From positions 124,001 to 188,000 of IMG/VR virus record IMGVR_UViG_3300036944_001289: a DNA stretch of 64,000 nt; one strand, 5' to 3'. This document shows positions 1 to 8,836 of the stretch, in pieces. The notes beneath the pieces are model-generated. The model saw only the letters and a list, made by a program, of their open reading frames with translations. It did not search any database and had not been told where the DNA came from. How positions within the stretch are numbered: the stretch's first letter is position 1; each line of letters starts with the position of its first letter. A program made the position numbers and the translations under genes.

Positions 1-281
1 GTTGGTCTAACTACCTTTGGTATATCTTTATCAATATCTAGGTTTACATCAGTAAAACTTACAGATATAAATTTACATATATCAAAAAATAGCCCCGGCT
101 CAAACATACCTGTAGGTGTTATAAAGTATTTTCTATCAGCAACAAACCTCATCCCTTTTTTTCTCATAAAAAAGGCACCTTCGTTCTTTACACTGAAATG
201 TTCCCTTATTTCAGTTAGAAAATCACCAGATAACCTACAAAGTCCACGATTTTTTAGATAATCTATACGTATACTTTTCAT
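1..281 (-). CDS. uvsW: N-terminal fragment of UvsW-like helicase (runs off window edge)
   Basis: Hand-translated open frame from ATG at 281 (TAATG overlap with uvsY stop): MKSIRIDY...EIREHFSVKNEGAFF...ITPTGMFEPGLFFDICKF, resembling the N-terminus of T4-like UvsW; adjacent to uvsY. Confidence 0.6.
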   Translation of the reverse strand, partial: MKSIRIDYLKNRGLCRLSGDFLTEIREHFSVKNEGAFFMRKKGMRFVADRKYFITPTGMFEPGLFFDICKFISVSFTDVNLDIDKDIPKVVRP

Positions 282-676
282 TACAATTGCTCTAATTGCA
301 TTATTTTTATAATATTTGAAACATCGTAGGTCATAGATGAAAATGTCTTTTCTGTCTTTTCAAGAAATTCTATGATTATTTTCTCTTCACCTATTTTAAT
401 ATTCATCTCTCTCATTTTATCATGGTTTTCAGCAGCATTTTCTGCTGTAATCAAACTTAATTTAACAGGTGACTGTGTTTGTAGTTCAGTCATTACAGTT
501 TTTTTAAAAAAATTCTTATCGTTTTCGAGCTTTAATAGATTACGTTTATGATTGATCAGTCTACTAACCCAAAAATGTTTACGAGCAGGTATTCTTAGGC
601 CTACTTCTTTTATGTTAAATTCGTCAATCTTAAGATCTTCTTCGATTTCTTTTATATATCGTTCTAACAATTCCAT
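281..676 (-). CDS. uvsY: recombination mediator UvsY
   Basis: 131 aa helical protein; EEDLKIDEFN...HFWVSRL...IEFLEKT...NIIKIMQLE aligns by eye with T4 UvsY. Confidence 0.75.
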   Translation of the reverse strand: MELLERYIKEIEEDLKIDEFNIKEVGLRIPARKHFWVSRLINHKRNLLKLENDKNFFKKTVMTELQTQSPVKLSLITAENAAENHDKMREMNIKIGEEKIIIEFLEKTEKTFSSMTYDVSNIIKIMQLEQL

Positions 677-681
677 ATTAT

Positions 682-708
682 ATTATAAATATATAATACA
701 ATTATCAA
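682..708 (-). promoter_or_regulatory. sigma70-like promoter of uvsY (TTGATA-N15-TATAAT, 5 nt before ATG)
   Basis: Read directly; overlaps the divergent TAAATA element (686-691) of the 708 ORF. Confidence 0.5.
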
Positions 709-917
709 TGATAAGTTTTAAAAAATTCTATGCTATTTTTAAAGAAGATAGCTCTTACTCAGATGGTACATTAGGGCCTGCTGCAAATGTATCTCACAAT
801 GCAATAGCCAATAGCGATTGGTATGCACCTGGTGACTATAGAATACCAAAAGGTGGTAGAGTATATAGACGCAGTGGTGTTGTAAAGCGTAAAAAGAGAC
901 GTAAATACAAAAAATGA
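708..917 (+). CDS. small basic virion-type protein containing a major-capsid-like YAPGDYRIPK motif
   Basis: Start re-called at ATG 708 (the track ORF extends into uvsY antisense); MISFKKFYAIFKE leader and polybasic C-terminus. Confidence 0.65.
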   Translation: MISFKKFYAIFKEDSSYSDGTLGPAANVSHNAIANSDWYAPGDYRIPKGGRVYRRSGVVKRKKRRKYKK

Positions 918-1339
918 TAACAGATTTTGGTCATTGGATTAATTGCACATCATTAAATGTTGAGGAGTTACCCTATGGCTTTATCTATTTGATAGAGAAT
1001 AAAGTAACAAATAAAAAGTATATAGGTAAAAAACAAATTAAAAGTGTAAAAAAGCTTAAACCATTAAAAGGTAAGAAGAATAAAAGGCATTTTGACGTTG
1101 AGACAGATTGGAAGACTTATACATCTTCTTCTAATGAGGTTAATAGTGACATAGAAAAGTACGGAAAAGATAACTTTTCGTTCTCAATTATAAAATTTTG
1201 TGATTCTAAAAGTGAATTAGCATACTTTGAAGCAAAATTACAATTCGAAGAGAACGTACTATTACGTGAGGATTACTATAACGGTATCATAAATTTGAGA
1301 ATAGGTAAAAATTGTTTTATAAAAAAGTTGAAAACATAA
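914..1339 (+). CDS. GIY-YIG family endonuclease
   Basis: GFIYLIEN...KKYIGKK motif, DWKTY.SSS, conserved E and YYN; type common in T4-like phages. Confidence 0.8.
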   Translation: MITDFGHWINCTSLNVEELPYGFIYLIENKVTNKKYIGKKQIKSVKKLKPLKGKKNKRHFDVETDWKTYTSSSNEVNSDIEKYGKDNFSFSIIKFCDSKSELAYFEAKLQFEENVLLREDYYNGIINLRIGKNCFIKKLKT

Positions 1340-1359
1340 AATACAGTATATAATACAGT

Positions 1360-1917
1360 ATGTCTGTTATATACGATGTTGCTGATGATATTAATATAAT
1401 CGACGTTAATTCGATGTTTGTTGAAAAAACCTACGTAGATATAGTTAATGATTTATATAAGCTAGATCTATTGAAACCTAAAATAACTACAGATGTTAAG
1501 CGAATAATGTATCATCATGTAATACATGATATTTGTGAGTTTTATTTATGTAGTCCTCTTAGAAAACCTGTGGTATTATTCAATAATACTCAGTTAGAAG
1601 ACTGTCTAATCTTTCAATACTTTACAGAAGAAGATATATTGGGCATATTAACAAGTGTATTTGCAAAAATACAAAAGACTTTACCTATTAGATGCTACTT
1701 AAGTAAGTATAGTGGCAAGCATCTAAAGTACAAATCTAACTCTGATGATGGTAAAATACTAAATACCTTGAATTTAATAAAGGAAATTAGTAATTCACCT
1801 GTTAAATCTGATATAACATTCGAGAATATTAAAAAATTTACTAAGAAATACGGATTGATATACTTAAATCAAGAATACTTTACCAGGCTTGCAACTAAAC
1901 ATCTTTATATTCGTTAA
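1360..1917 (+). CDS. hypothetical protein
   Basis: 185 aa ORF with TTGAAA-N15-TATAAT promoter at 1328-1354; weak resemblance to a PIN/5'-nuclease N-terminus only. Confidence 0.6.
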   Translation: MSVIYDVADDINIIDVNSMFVEKTYVDIVNDLYKLDLLKPKITTDVKRIMYHHVIHDICEFYLCSPLRKPVVLFNNTQLEDCLIFQYFTEEDILGILTSVFAKIQKTLPIRCYLSKYSGKHLKYKSNSDDGKILNTLNLIKEISNSPVKSDITFENIKKFTKKYGLIYLNQEYFTRLATKHLYIR

Positions 1918-1934
1918 TAAATATAAATATTATT

Positions 1935-2465
1935 ATGAGTATTTTCGATAAAAAAGCTAACCAGATCATTTCATCATTTTTATTAGAAGGTGTAGATTCC
2001 GGATGCACAGTTGTAAAAGTTTCAACACCAACAGGTAAAGTTGATATTAATGCAAAATGTATACAAACGGCTTCAGGTTTATCATACGTGGCTGATGAAG
2101 TTGTTGAAAATATTAATAAAGGTGACGATATTACCGATCTAGTTGTTACCGATGAAGATGAAGAGTTTGATTTTAAGAAAGCTGATCTTGATAAAGACGG
2201 TAAATTATCTTCATATGAAAAAGCACGTGGTGAGGCAGTAGCAGGTGCTAAAGAAGAGAGCGAAGAAGTAGAAGACCCACAACTTAAGAAAATGGGTTTA
2301 GGTAAAGACGCAATTGCCGCTGTAACAGTTGCAGGTAAATTAGCAACAAAAGCAGGCGGGCTTGGTGCTGCAGCACTAACACAAAACAGAATGAATGCTG
2401 CTTACGGTACATTAATGAGAAAAATTGCTAAAAAGGTCACAGATATTTCAAATAAAATACAATGA
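1935..2465 (+). CDS. late protein with EF-hand-like DLDKDGKLSSYE motif
   Basis: TAAATA 5 nt upstream of ATG; leader ending FLLE; DxDxDG loop. Confidence 0.65.
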   Translation: MSIFDKKANQIISSFLLEGVDSGCTVVKVSTPTGKVDINAKCIQTASGLSYVADEVVENINKGDDITDLVVTDEDEEFDFKKADLDKDGKLSSYEKARGEAVAGAKEESEEVEDPQLKKMGLGKDAIAAVTVAGKLATKAGGLGAAALTQNRMNAAYGTLMRKIAKKVTDISNKIQ

Positions 2466-2812
2466 AATTTTTAAGTAAATTAAATTTTTATAAGAATCAG
2501 CTAATTAATGAAGCTGATGAGGAAGCCCCATTACCTCCTAATACTGAAGAGAATCCAACACCTCAAGAAGCTCAACAAACAGAAGAGCAACCAGCTGAAC
2601 CTGAACAACAAACTAAAGAGCTAACACCAGAAGGTGAAGTTCTTTTAATAAGGTTACTTAAGAAAGCATTCGTAATATCACCCAAACCTGAGGATATAGA
2701 GCAGATGTCTGATATTGATAATATCAACGAAAATAATGCAAGAGAATCTCTATCTAAGATAATAGGTTTAATGAAAAAATATTCTACAGATATAGAGTTA
2801 GATATCGATTAA
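2462..2812 (+). CDS. acidic late protein
   Basis: ATGA overlap with previous gene; MKFLSK...LINE leader; E/P-rich linker. Confidence 0.65.
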   Translation: MKFLSKLNFYKNQLINEADEEAPLPPNTEENPTPQEAQQTEEQPAEPEQQTKELTPEGEVLLIRLLKKAFVISPKPEDIEQMSDIDNINENNARESLSKIIGLMKKYSTDIELDID

Positions 2813-2973
2813 TGAAAAAATTTAAAGAGTTTTTTACAGAACGTAAGGTTATAAAACGTAAATTAAAAAAGAAGCCTGCATACTCTAATAATCAGTATAG
2901 AAATACTGTAAATTATATAAATCAACCACCATATGGTGCTGAAGGTAGAACATTAACACCTACAATTAATTAA
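2812..2973 (+). CDS. 53-aa basic protein with T4 IP-like leader (not in ORF track)
   Basis: Hand translation MKKFKEFFTERKVIKRKLKKKPAY...TPTIN*; TAATG overlap with upstream stop. Confidence 0.6.
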   Translation: MKKFKEFFTERKVIKRKLKKKPAYSNNQYRNTVNYINQPPYGAEGRTLTPTIN

Positions 2974-3763
2974 TCTTTTAGTGGTGTACTATAAGGTATA
3001 GAACCGTAATACTCTGCAACACTCTCTGCTTTCTTAATAGATTCCTTAGGTGTTGTACCTGGTTTATATTCTATGTCCATACCTGCATCTATATCTATAA
3101 CATCAAATACGCACCTAACAAACCCTAATTTAAACATTTGTTCGTGTACAAAACTTGTATCGATACCTTTTGTAAGCAAATACGCTCTACCTGTGTTCCA
3201 ATGAGCACCTGGACCACCTCTTACAGGTATAATTTCATTATATTTAATCCAGAAACCATATGGTGCTGATACTGGTAGATCGTATTGAACTGATTCAAAT
3301 AGTTTATCGTTTTCTATTACAGGTTAGAGACCGTAGTGTAATGCTACATCCCTTGCTATCCTTCTTGCTGAGATGTTAGGTTTATTTACAGATGATTGTA
3401 CATACATTATATCTTCACCTTTATCTGCAACTACACGTACAAAACCTCTATTGTACATCTGTGTATACATAGAACCTTCACCAAAATTTCTATTTTTACC
3501 TAGATATCTCGTTGCAGTGGTAATATGATTATCTAGTACAGGTATAATTTGATCTAAACTGATCCAAAACCATAAGGACATGCATCAGGTAGCTTATTAA
3601 AATCTATACTCTCAAAAAAGAACTGTTTAAATGTCTTAAATGATTCATTGGCTGTTGCAATTCTGAGAGCAGTTATATATTTCTTAACAGAACCGTTTGT
3701 ACATCCAACTTTTTTACCAGTGTCCTTACGATAGACACATTTACCTTTTGTTATATATGGCAT
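2970..3763 (-). pseudogene. two-domain protein interrupted by a 1-nt frameshift (3566-3569) and an in-frame TAA (3324-3326)
   Basis: Three track ORFs join into one ~264-aa frame; the two domains share LPxxxPYGFWIxxxxIIPV and GFVRxV. Confidence 0.7.
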
Positions 3764-3766
3764 GAT

Positions 3767-4066
3767 TTACCAGTCCTTACAAGCCATGTATCTAGCTGTA
3801 CCAGGTTTTGCAGTAGAGCACTTATGTCTAGCTCTAAAACTCTTTTTACGTTTAGTATTACCTGATTTACCTGTAACACGTACACCTGCTTGACCCCAAT
3901 GTATGCGCTTAAATCCACCACCAGGCTTACGTACACATTGCATCCACTTCTTACCAGGCCTTGTAGATGATGCCTTTTTAGTTGCCTTCGTGCATCTTGC
4001 TGAAGATTTTTCTTCTAATACATCATATTGTGTTAATAACTGTTCGACAATTACGTTAAAACTCAT
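3767..4066 (-). CDS. basic Cys-containing protein (RKKSFRARHKC...ARYMAC type)
   Basis: Start re-called at 4066; motif typical of a small phage family of unknown function. Confidence 0.65.
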   Translation of the reverse strand: MSFNVIVEQLLTQYDVLEEKSSARCTKATKKASSTRPGKKWMQCVRKPGGGFKRIHWGQAGVRVTGKSGNTKRKKSFRARHKCSTAKPGTARYMACKDW

Positions 4067-4077
4067 AAATATATTTA
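4066..4077. promoter_or_regulatory. palindromic bidirectional late-promoter element TAAATATATTTA
   Basis: Perfect 12-bp palindrome between divergent ATGs at 4066 and 4077; TAAATA on each strand 5 nt from the ATG. Confidence 0.6.
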
Positions 4078-4451
4078 TGGCATCAAACAATAATGATCAG
4101 CAAAAACTTTTCGAAAGTTATATAAGGATATTAAACGAAGATGTAGGTCTTGGACCTAAACATAAGGGTACTGATAATATGAATGTTACTTCAATTGGCT
4201 CTACAGGTAAGCCAGGCACATCACATATGGATATTTCTAAGAGTAATCTTACACCGGCGAGTGAAAACGAAGAAGTTCAGAACTATAAAGGTAGCTTAGA
4301 TCAAGTAATAGATGATATTGTTCAGAATCTAGAATTTATAAGAACTAAGAAACCTGTATTAAAAACAACAGATCGTAAACTATTACTAAAAAGCGTACAA
4401 CATGAAGTTGATCGCGTAGTGCACATAATAAGTAAAGGTGAGATACAATAA
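4077..4451 (+). CDS. late hypothetical protein
   Basis: Start re-called at 4077: MASNNNDQQKLFESYIRILNE. Confidence 0.6.
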   Translation: MASNNNDQQKLFESYIRILNEDVGLGPKHKGTDNMNVTSIGSTGKPGTSHMDISKSNLTPASENEEVQNYKGSLDQVIDDIVQNLEFIRTKKPVLKTTDRKLLLKSVQHEVDRVVHIISKGEIQ

Positions 4452-4452
4452 T

Positions 4453-4647
4453 ATGAACGAAAACATTGAAACAATAAAACAAGAATACTCAGCATTTATA
4501 GAAGATATTAGCAAATTTACCGAAAAAGGTACTGTTGCTGCTGCCAGTAGAGCACGCAAATCATTGCTTAAAATAGGAAAGACAGTAAAAGTCCTAAGAA
4601 AGCAAATTCAAGAAAGAAAAAAAGAGCTTCAAACTACCAATAAATAA
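4453..4647 (+). CDS. histone H1-like (Hc1-type) small DNA-binding protein
   Basis: EDISKFTEKGTVAAASRARKSLLKIGK...LRKQIQE pattern. Confidence 0.6.
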   Translation: MNENIETIKQEYSAFIEDISKFTEKGTVAAASRARKSLLKIGKTVKVLRKQIQERKKELQTTNK

Positions 4648-4651
4648 TTTG

Positions 4652-5050
4652 GTGATAACATTTAAGATATTTTTTGAACAAAAAGCCCTCGGTCTAATCG
4701 AGACGATTAATATCGAGGGTATTGGACCTATTGCTGCAAAAGTAGATAGCGGTAACGGTGCCTATAATGTATTACACGGTACAGATGTATCTGTTAAAGG
4801 TGATAAGGTAACTTTTACTACAGTAAATGGTAAGAAGTTAAATAAACCTTTTAAAGGCTATATAGATATCAATATTGGTTCTGGTAATATTGAACAAAGA
4901 CCAACTATAGAGTTTAGTGTATCTATAAATGGAGAAGATCATGAAAATGTACGGTTTTCCATTGCAGATAGAACCCAGAACGAAGAAAAAGTGCTGCTAG
5001 GTAAAGACTTCATAGCAGCACTTGGTGGTTTAATAGACGTAAATAAATAA
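4652..5050 (+). CDS. retropepsin-like aspartic protease (RimK-associated ATP-dependent zinc protease family)
   Basis: AKVDSGN catalytic motif, R-P-x-I, ADR...VLLGKDFI; GTG start 5 nt after TAAATA. Confidence 0.8.
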   Translation: MITFKIFFEQKALGLIETINIEGIGPIAAKVDSGNGAYNVLHGTDVSVKGDKVTFTTVNGKKLNKPFKGYIDINIGSGNIEQRPTIEFSVSINGEDHENVRFSIADRTQNEEKVLLGKDFIAALGGLIDVNK

Positions 5051-5064
5051 GTTACTTACGATTA

Positions 5065-6060
5065 CTAGCGTTTGAGACTTCTGTACGTCTCAAACGAGAC
5101 GTCTGCATTAAACCCGTCTTTAACACCTTTTATAATAACAGCTATCGCGTCGTGTGAATGTAGAGATTCAAGATGACTTAATACCACTTTAAAATCTAAA
5201 ATCTTATCGTTTGTATTGAGTGCTTTGTATAAAAGTCTTGCTGCGTCTTCAACAAACTTAGGGTTCGCACCGTTTAATTCAGCAAAAGCTTGTTCATCCT
5301 CACGTAATACCATTACTTGAGTTTCTGTCTTAAGTGCAGATAAACAGAGTTGCTGTAAATCTTCTAACCAAATAAGATCGTTACACATTACAGATACTCT
5401 CGCTGTAGATCTTTGTGAGTGTGGAATTGCAGCTCTATTCCTGTACTTTCTTGCATGTTCACTTAATTCATTAGAGCAAGGGCATGCACTACTATATACG
5501 AAATCGAAATGGATTACTTTTTTAATTTCATTATTGCGATTTACAGATATCTCAAACGTGACATCATAATATTGATATCCTGATAGCCCTGTTCTTAGTG
5601 ATTCTTGTAATATAGGATAGCTTATATGTAGCGCTATTTTAGCATCGAAAGAACCTATTTTATTTCTATATTCTTGTAATACTTTTTCGACGAGATTGAT
5701 ATTAAAATGTTCTTCTTTATACTCATAAAATGATCTAACTATGCGAGACATATTAATACCTCTTGACTCTGCATCGAGAGAGACTGTACCAGTAACAATA
5801 GTTTCGAGTTCTATGGGTGTGTAGTCTTTTCTGTCCCATTTGAGAGGTAATCTGAAACCGTGTATACCAACATGTTCTATGTGTTCACGTATACCTCCAT
5901 ATATATCATTTTGTAAATCTGGTAACGTTTGTTTATACTCTGCAGATGTTTTAAAATCTACATCATATTCCTTGATAGGTTCAATATATTGACTTGAATA
6001 TAGTGTTCCTATCAATTGTTCTGCTAATTTATTCTTGTCTTGTGTATTCATCGAGATCAT
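5065..6060 (-). CDS. folE2: GTP cyclohydrolase IB
   Basis: LPDLQ, RGINMSR, YSSACPCS, PHSQRS, REDEQAFAE, PKFVEDAAR, ESLHSHDA motifs. Confidence 0.95.
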   Translation of the reverse strand: MISMNTQDKNKLAEQLIGTLYSSQYIEPIKEYDVDFKTSAEYKQTLPDLQNDIYGGIREHIEHVGIHGFRLPLKWDRKDYTPIELETIVTGTVSLDAESRGINMSRIVRSFYEYKEEHFNINLVEKVLQEYRNKIGSFDAKIALHISYPILQESLRTGLSGYQYYDVTFEISVNRNNEIKKVIHFDFVYSSACPCSNELSEHARKYRNRAAIPHSQRSTARVSVMCNDLIWLEDLQQLCLSALKTETQVMVLREDEQAFAELNGANPKFVEDAARLLYKALNTNDKILDFKVVLSHLESLHSHDAIAVIIKGVKDGFNADVSFETYRSLKR

Positions 6061-6859
6061 TATAGTATATAATTGTTTTCTTAGAAATCCAAAAAACTCC
6101 TACTTTTTTTGATATTTTTAATGCGTGTGATATTTTTGCACAATCTCTGTCGAAAGATTCTTTTTTAGTTAGGGATTGTGGTTGAAAATATACACATTTT
6201 CCATCTGGGTCTAGATCTACCTGTTGTTTGGTAAAATGGTATGGTCCGTGATATTCCAATATTAGCTTAATACTACCATCTTCGTCTAGACAAACAAAAT
6301 CATAACTACAAAAACGCTTAATACCATTTATTTCTAAAACTTGATAATATTCTTTACCATTTATACCACCATTTTTAAAATAACACATTTTTTCATCAAT
6401 ACCATTTTCGTTGCAAAACTTTTTTATAAAAATAAATGCCGATTTAGAAAATCTACCGTTTATGTTTAAAGTGTTTATAGTACCGTAGCGCTCAAACATA
6501 GTTTTCCTGCGTTTAATAGATGTTTCAGATGTTATTCCTAATTTTATGTTTAATTTACGCTCTTCAGGGTTTTTATAAATACCACACTTTTGTTTTCTTA
6601 TTTCTAGTTGTTCTCTAGAAAGCATCTGTTTTTTAGCTTTTTCAGATCTTATTTTCTTCATTTTTTGGGCTAACTCAACACCATACCTCTCTTCATATGT
6701 AAGACCTTTAACTGTATTGACATACTTATCAATAGTTTCCTTATTTTTTAAGCAACTTACATTAAAACGTTGTTTATATTCCTCTGCTGTTAGATTATGT
6801 TGTTTGAGATGGGTGTTAGTTATTGCGTTAAATTCTTTATCACATATTAAACATATCAT
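6029..6859 (-). CDS. putative free-standing homing endonuclease (Zn-finger plus PD-(D/E)xK/Vsr-like domain)
   Basis: N-terminal CxxC...HLKQH...EEYK finger; C-terminal YDF...LEYHGPYH; overlaps folE2 start. Confidence 0.6.
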   Translation of the reverse strand: MICLICDKEFNAITNTHLKQHNLTAEEYKQRFNVSCLKNKETIDKYVNTVKGLTYEERYGVELAQKMKKIRSEKAKKQMLSREQLEIRKQKCGIYKNPEERKLNIKLGITSETSIKRRKTMFERYGTINTLNINGRFSKSAFIFIKKFCNENGIDEKMCYFKNGGINGKEYYQVLEINGIKRFCSYDFVCLDEDGSIKLILEYHGPYHFTKQQVDLDPDGKCVYFQPQSLTKKESFDRDCAKISHALKISKKVGVFWISKKTIIYYNDLDEYTRQE

Positions 6860-6938
6860 ATATTATTATTTAATGTTCACATCACCATTTAGACGTATAT
6901 AAATATGTGAAATAAACTGAAAATCAATAAATATTAAT

Positions 6939-7322
6939 ATGCGTATCAATAAAGTAATAGAGAATACTTTTAACACATTAAACTTAAAGAGAATCAGACT
7001 TAAAAGTGATCCTAACAATAACATAGTTCCTTATGAAGGTTATGTATTAGAAGAATGTGATGATGGCACTATGCAGATATATGCAATAGGTGCTGAAAAT
7101 CCTTATATGCAAGTAACACCTGATATGGTTGATGTACAGCAATCACTAACACCTTTAGATAAAATTAAGCTTATAATAGCTGGATGCATAGATAAAGGTG
7201 TTGCATGTCAAATTAAAGACTTAAATAATTTATCTGATATTGAAGCAACATTACTTTCAAGTGGATGTACAATGGAAGATATGTATAACATTTTCAAAAA
7301 ATACTTCTTAACAAATGAGTAA
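6939..7322 (+). CDS. late hypothetical protein
   Basis: 127 aa ORF with TAAATA 5 nt upstream. Confidence 0.6.
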   Translation: MRINKVIENTFNTLNLKRIRLKSDPNNNIVPYEGYVLEECDDGTMQIYAIGAENPYMQVTPDMVDVQQSLTPLDKIKLIIAGCIDKGVACQIKDLNNLSDIEATLLSSGCTMEDMYNIFKKYFLTNE

Positions 7323-8505
7323 ATTTTTACAAACAATAAATGAACAAGCTCCTACAGGTAAAATGCCAATTGGTAGTATACCTACAGGTAAAGGTATAAA
7401 GCCACAGCAACCTGTTCCACCTAAACCCACAACCCCACAAAACTATCAGAACAAAAGTTCATTAGGTCAAATAGGTGGCGCTTTAAGAAAAATTGGTTCT
7501 GGATTTCAAAAAGTAAAAGGAGCAGTCTCTGCTGTAAAAGACTTCACAGCTACAGGTGATCTTAGTGTATTACAACAACTTGGACAACAACTAATCAATA
7601 GAGCACTTGATTTAGATACATATAAAATATCTGCTTTTGGTAAAAAGGGATATACAGATGTTTTACTTATCGATGAAGAGTTGATAGCAAAAATTGGATT
7701 ACTAACACCGACAAAAAAAGTTAAAGCAGAGAGCGCAGACATTATTTTACAAAGCGGATTATTGAATGGTAATAAATTCTTACAAGTGTTAAAAGAAGCA
7801 AAACCAGCTGTAAAACAAAAACCGCAAGTTGCTATTGCTCCTCAATTTTTATTTGAACTAACAAAAGAAAGAAATCTAGGTACAAATGGTAAGCAATATA
7901 CGTTAACACCTAAGACACCTGAAGTGCAACAATATCTTAATGATAAAGGTATTAAGTTTGTAACATTTCTACGTGATCCAAATAACTCACCAGAAAATAT
8001 AGTAGGTAATGTCAGATTTGATGATAACTCAGGTAAGTTACAGTTTTATGATCTAGAAAATCAATTTATACAATCATTAGAAACAGAAGTAAAATTTGAA
8101 TATTCACCACAGGATAAACTATATAAAATAGGTTCATCTTTAACAGACCGCTCTTTTGAAGATATAGATCAAACTAAAGAATTACTAAAGAAAGGTATAT
8201 TGCTAATACATCCAAGAGAGAAATTATTTAGATTAGAAGGACCTACACAGGAAGGTAAATTTGCTAATTTTACTAATACACAGACGAAAGAACAATTTCA
8301 CGGTTTGCTAAACACATATCAGACTCCAGATAAAAAGACAAACTTTATTGTAATGTCTAGTATTAAACCTGGGCTAAAACCTTACACACAACCAACTGTA
8401 AGTAAACCAAGTACACCAAAAGTTGTAGCACCTAAGAAGGTTACTAAACCAGTGGCTGCTCCAGCCAAGCCAGCTACAACTGCACCAAATAAAACCACAC
8501 CTTAA
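7315..8505 (+). CDS. late hypothetical protein with P/K-rich ends
   Basis: 396 aa ORF; MSKFLQTINE leader. Confidence 0.65.
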   Translation: MSKFLQTINEQAPTGKMPIGSIPTGKGIKPQQPVPPKPTTPQNYQNKSSLGQIGGALRKIGSGFQKVKGAVSAVKDFTATGDLSVLQQLGQQLINRALDLDTYKISAFGKKGYTDVLLIDEELIAKIGLLTPTKKVKAESADIILQSGLLNGNKFLQVLKEAKPAVKQKPQVAIAPQFLFELTKERNLGTNGKQYTLTPKTPEVQQYLNDKGIKFVTFLRDPNNSPENIVGNVRFDDNSGKLQFYDLENQFIQSLETEVKFEYSPQDKLYKIGSSLTDRSFEDIDQTKELLKKGILLIHPREKLFRLEGPTQEGKFANFTNTQTKEQFHGLLNTYQTPDKKTNFIVMSSIKPGLKPYTQPTVSKPSTPKVVAPKKVTKPVAAPAKPATTAPNKTTP

Positions 8506-8735
8506 GGGTCAAACTCTACGAGTAATGCGTCTTCACCACAAATGACGTTATAACCATCTTTTCGTAGTCTTTTTACTATATCATTTTTATATATACCTAG
8601 GTGTTCATTTAGGATTGTCGATCTCACTTGATTATTTCTTGTCAGAAATATTGGAACTATATTATCTGGTATTAGTTCATAAATTTCACACATCTTTTTG
8701 TCGAAGAGCTTCTTAGCCATCTGTGTAGATTTCAT
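8502..8735 (-). CDS. hypothetical protein
   Basis: 77 aa ORF in an otherwise empty gap. Confidence 0.5.
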   Translation of the reverse strand: MKSTQMAKKLFDKKMCEIYELIPDNIVPIFLTRNNQVRSTILNEHLGIYKNDIVKRLRKDGYNVICGEDALLVEFDP

Positions 8736-8836
8736 ATATTTTCAATAATGTTAAAATACGTTAGTTGATTTTCAACTTAACAAAAATAAATAATTTAGAG
8801 TATTGAAAATCGAATAAAAGTTATAATATAACAGAT

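Noticed and set aside
1360-1917. T4 RNase H (rnh) assignment
   Set aside because: Too short and lacks the acidic catalytic clusters; left as hypothetical
3324-3326. Alternative genetic code (TAA reassigned)
   Set aside because: TAA is the normal stop of most conserved genes here (gp23, gp20, nrdA, queF)
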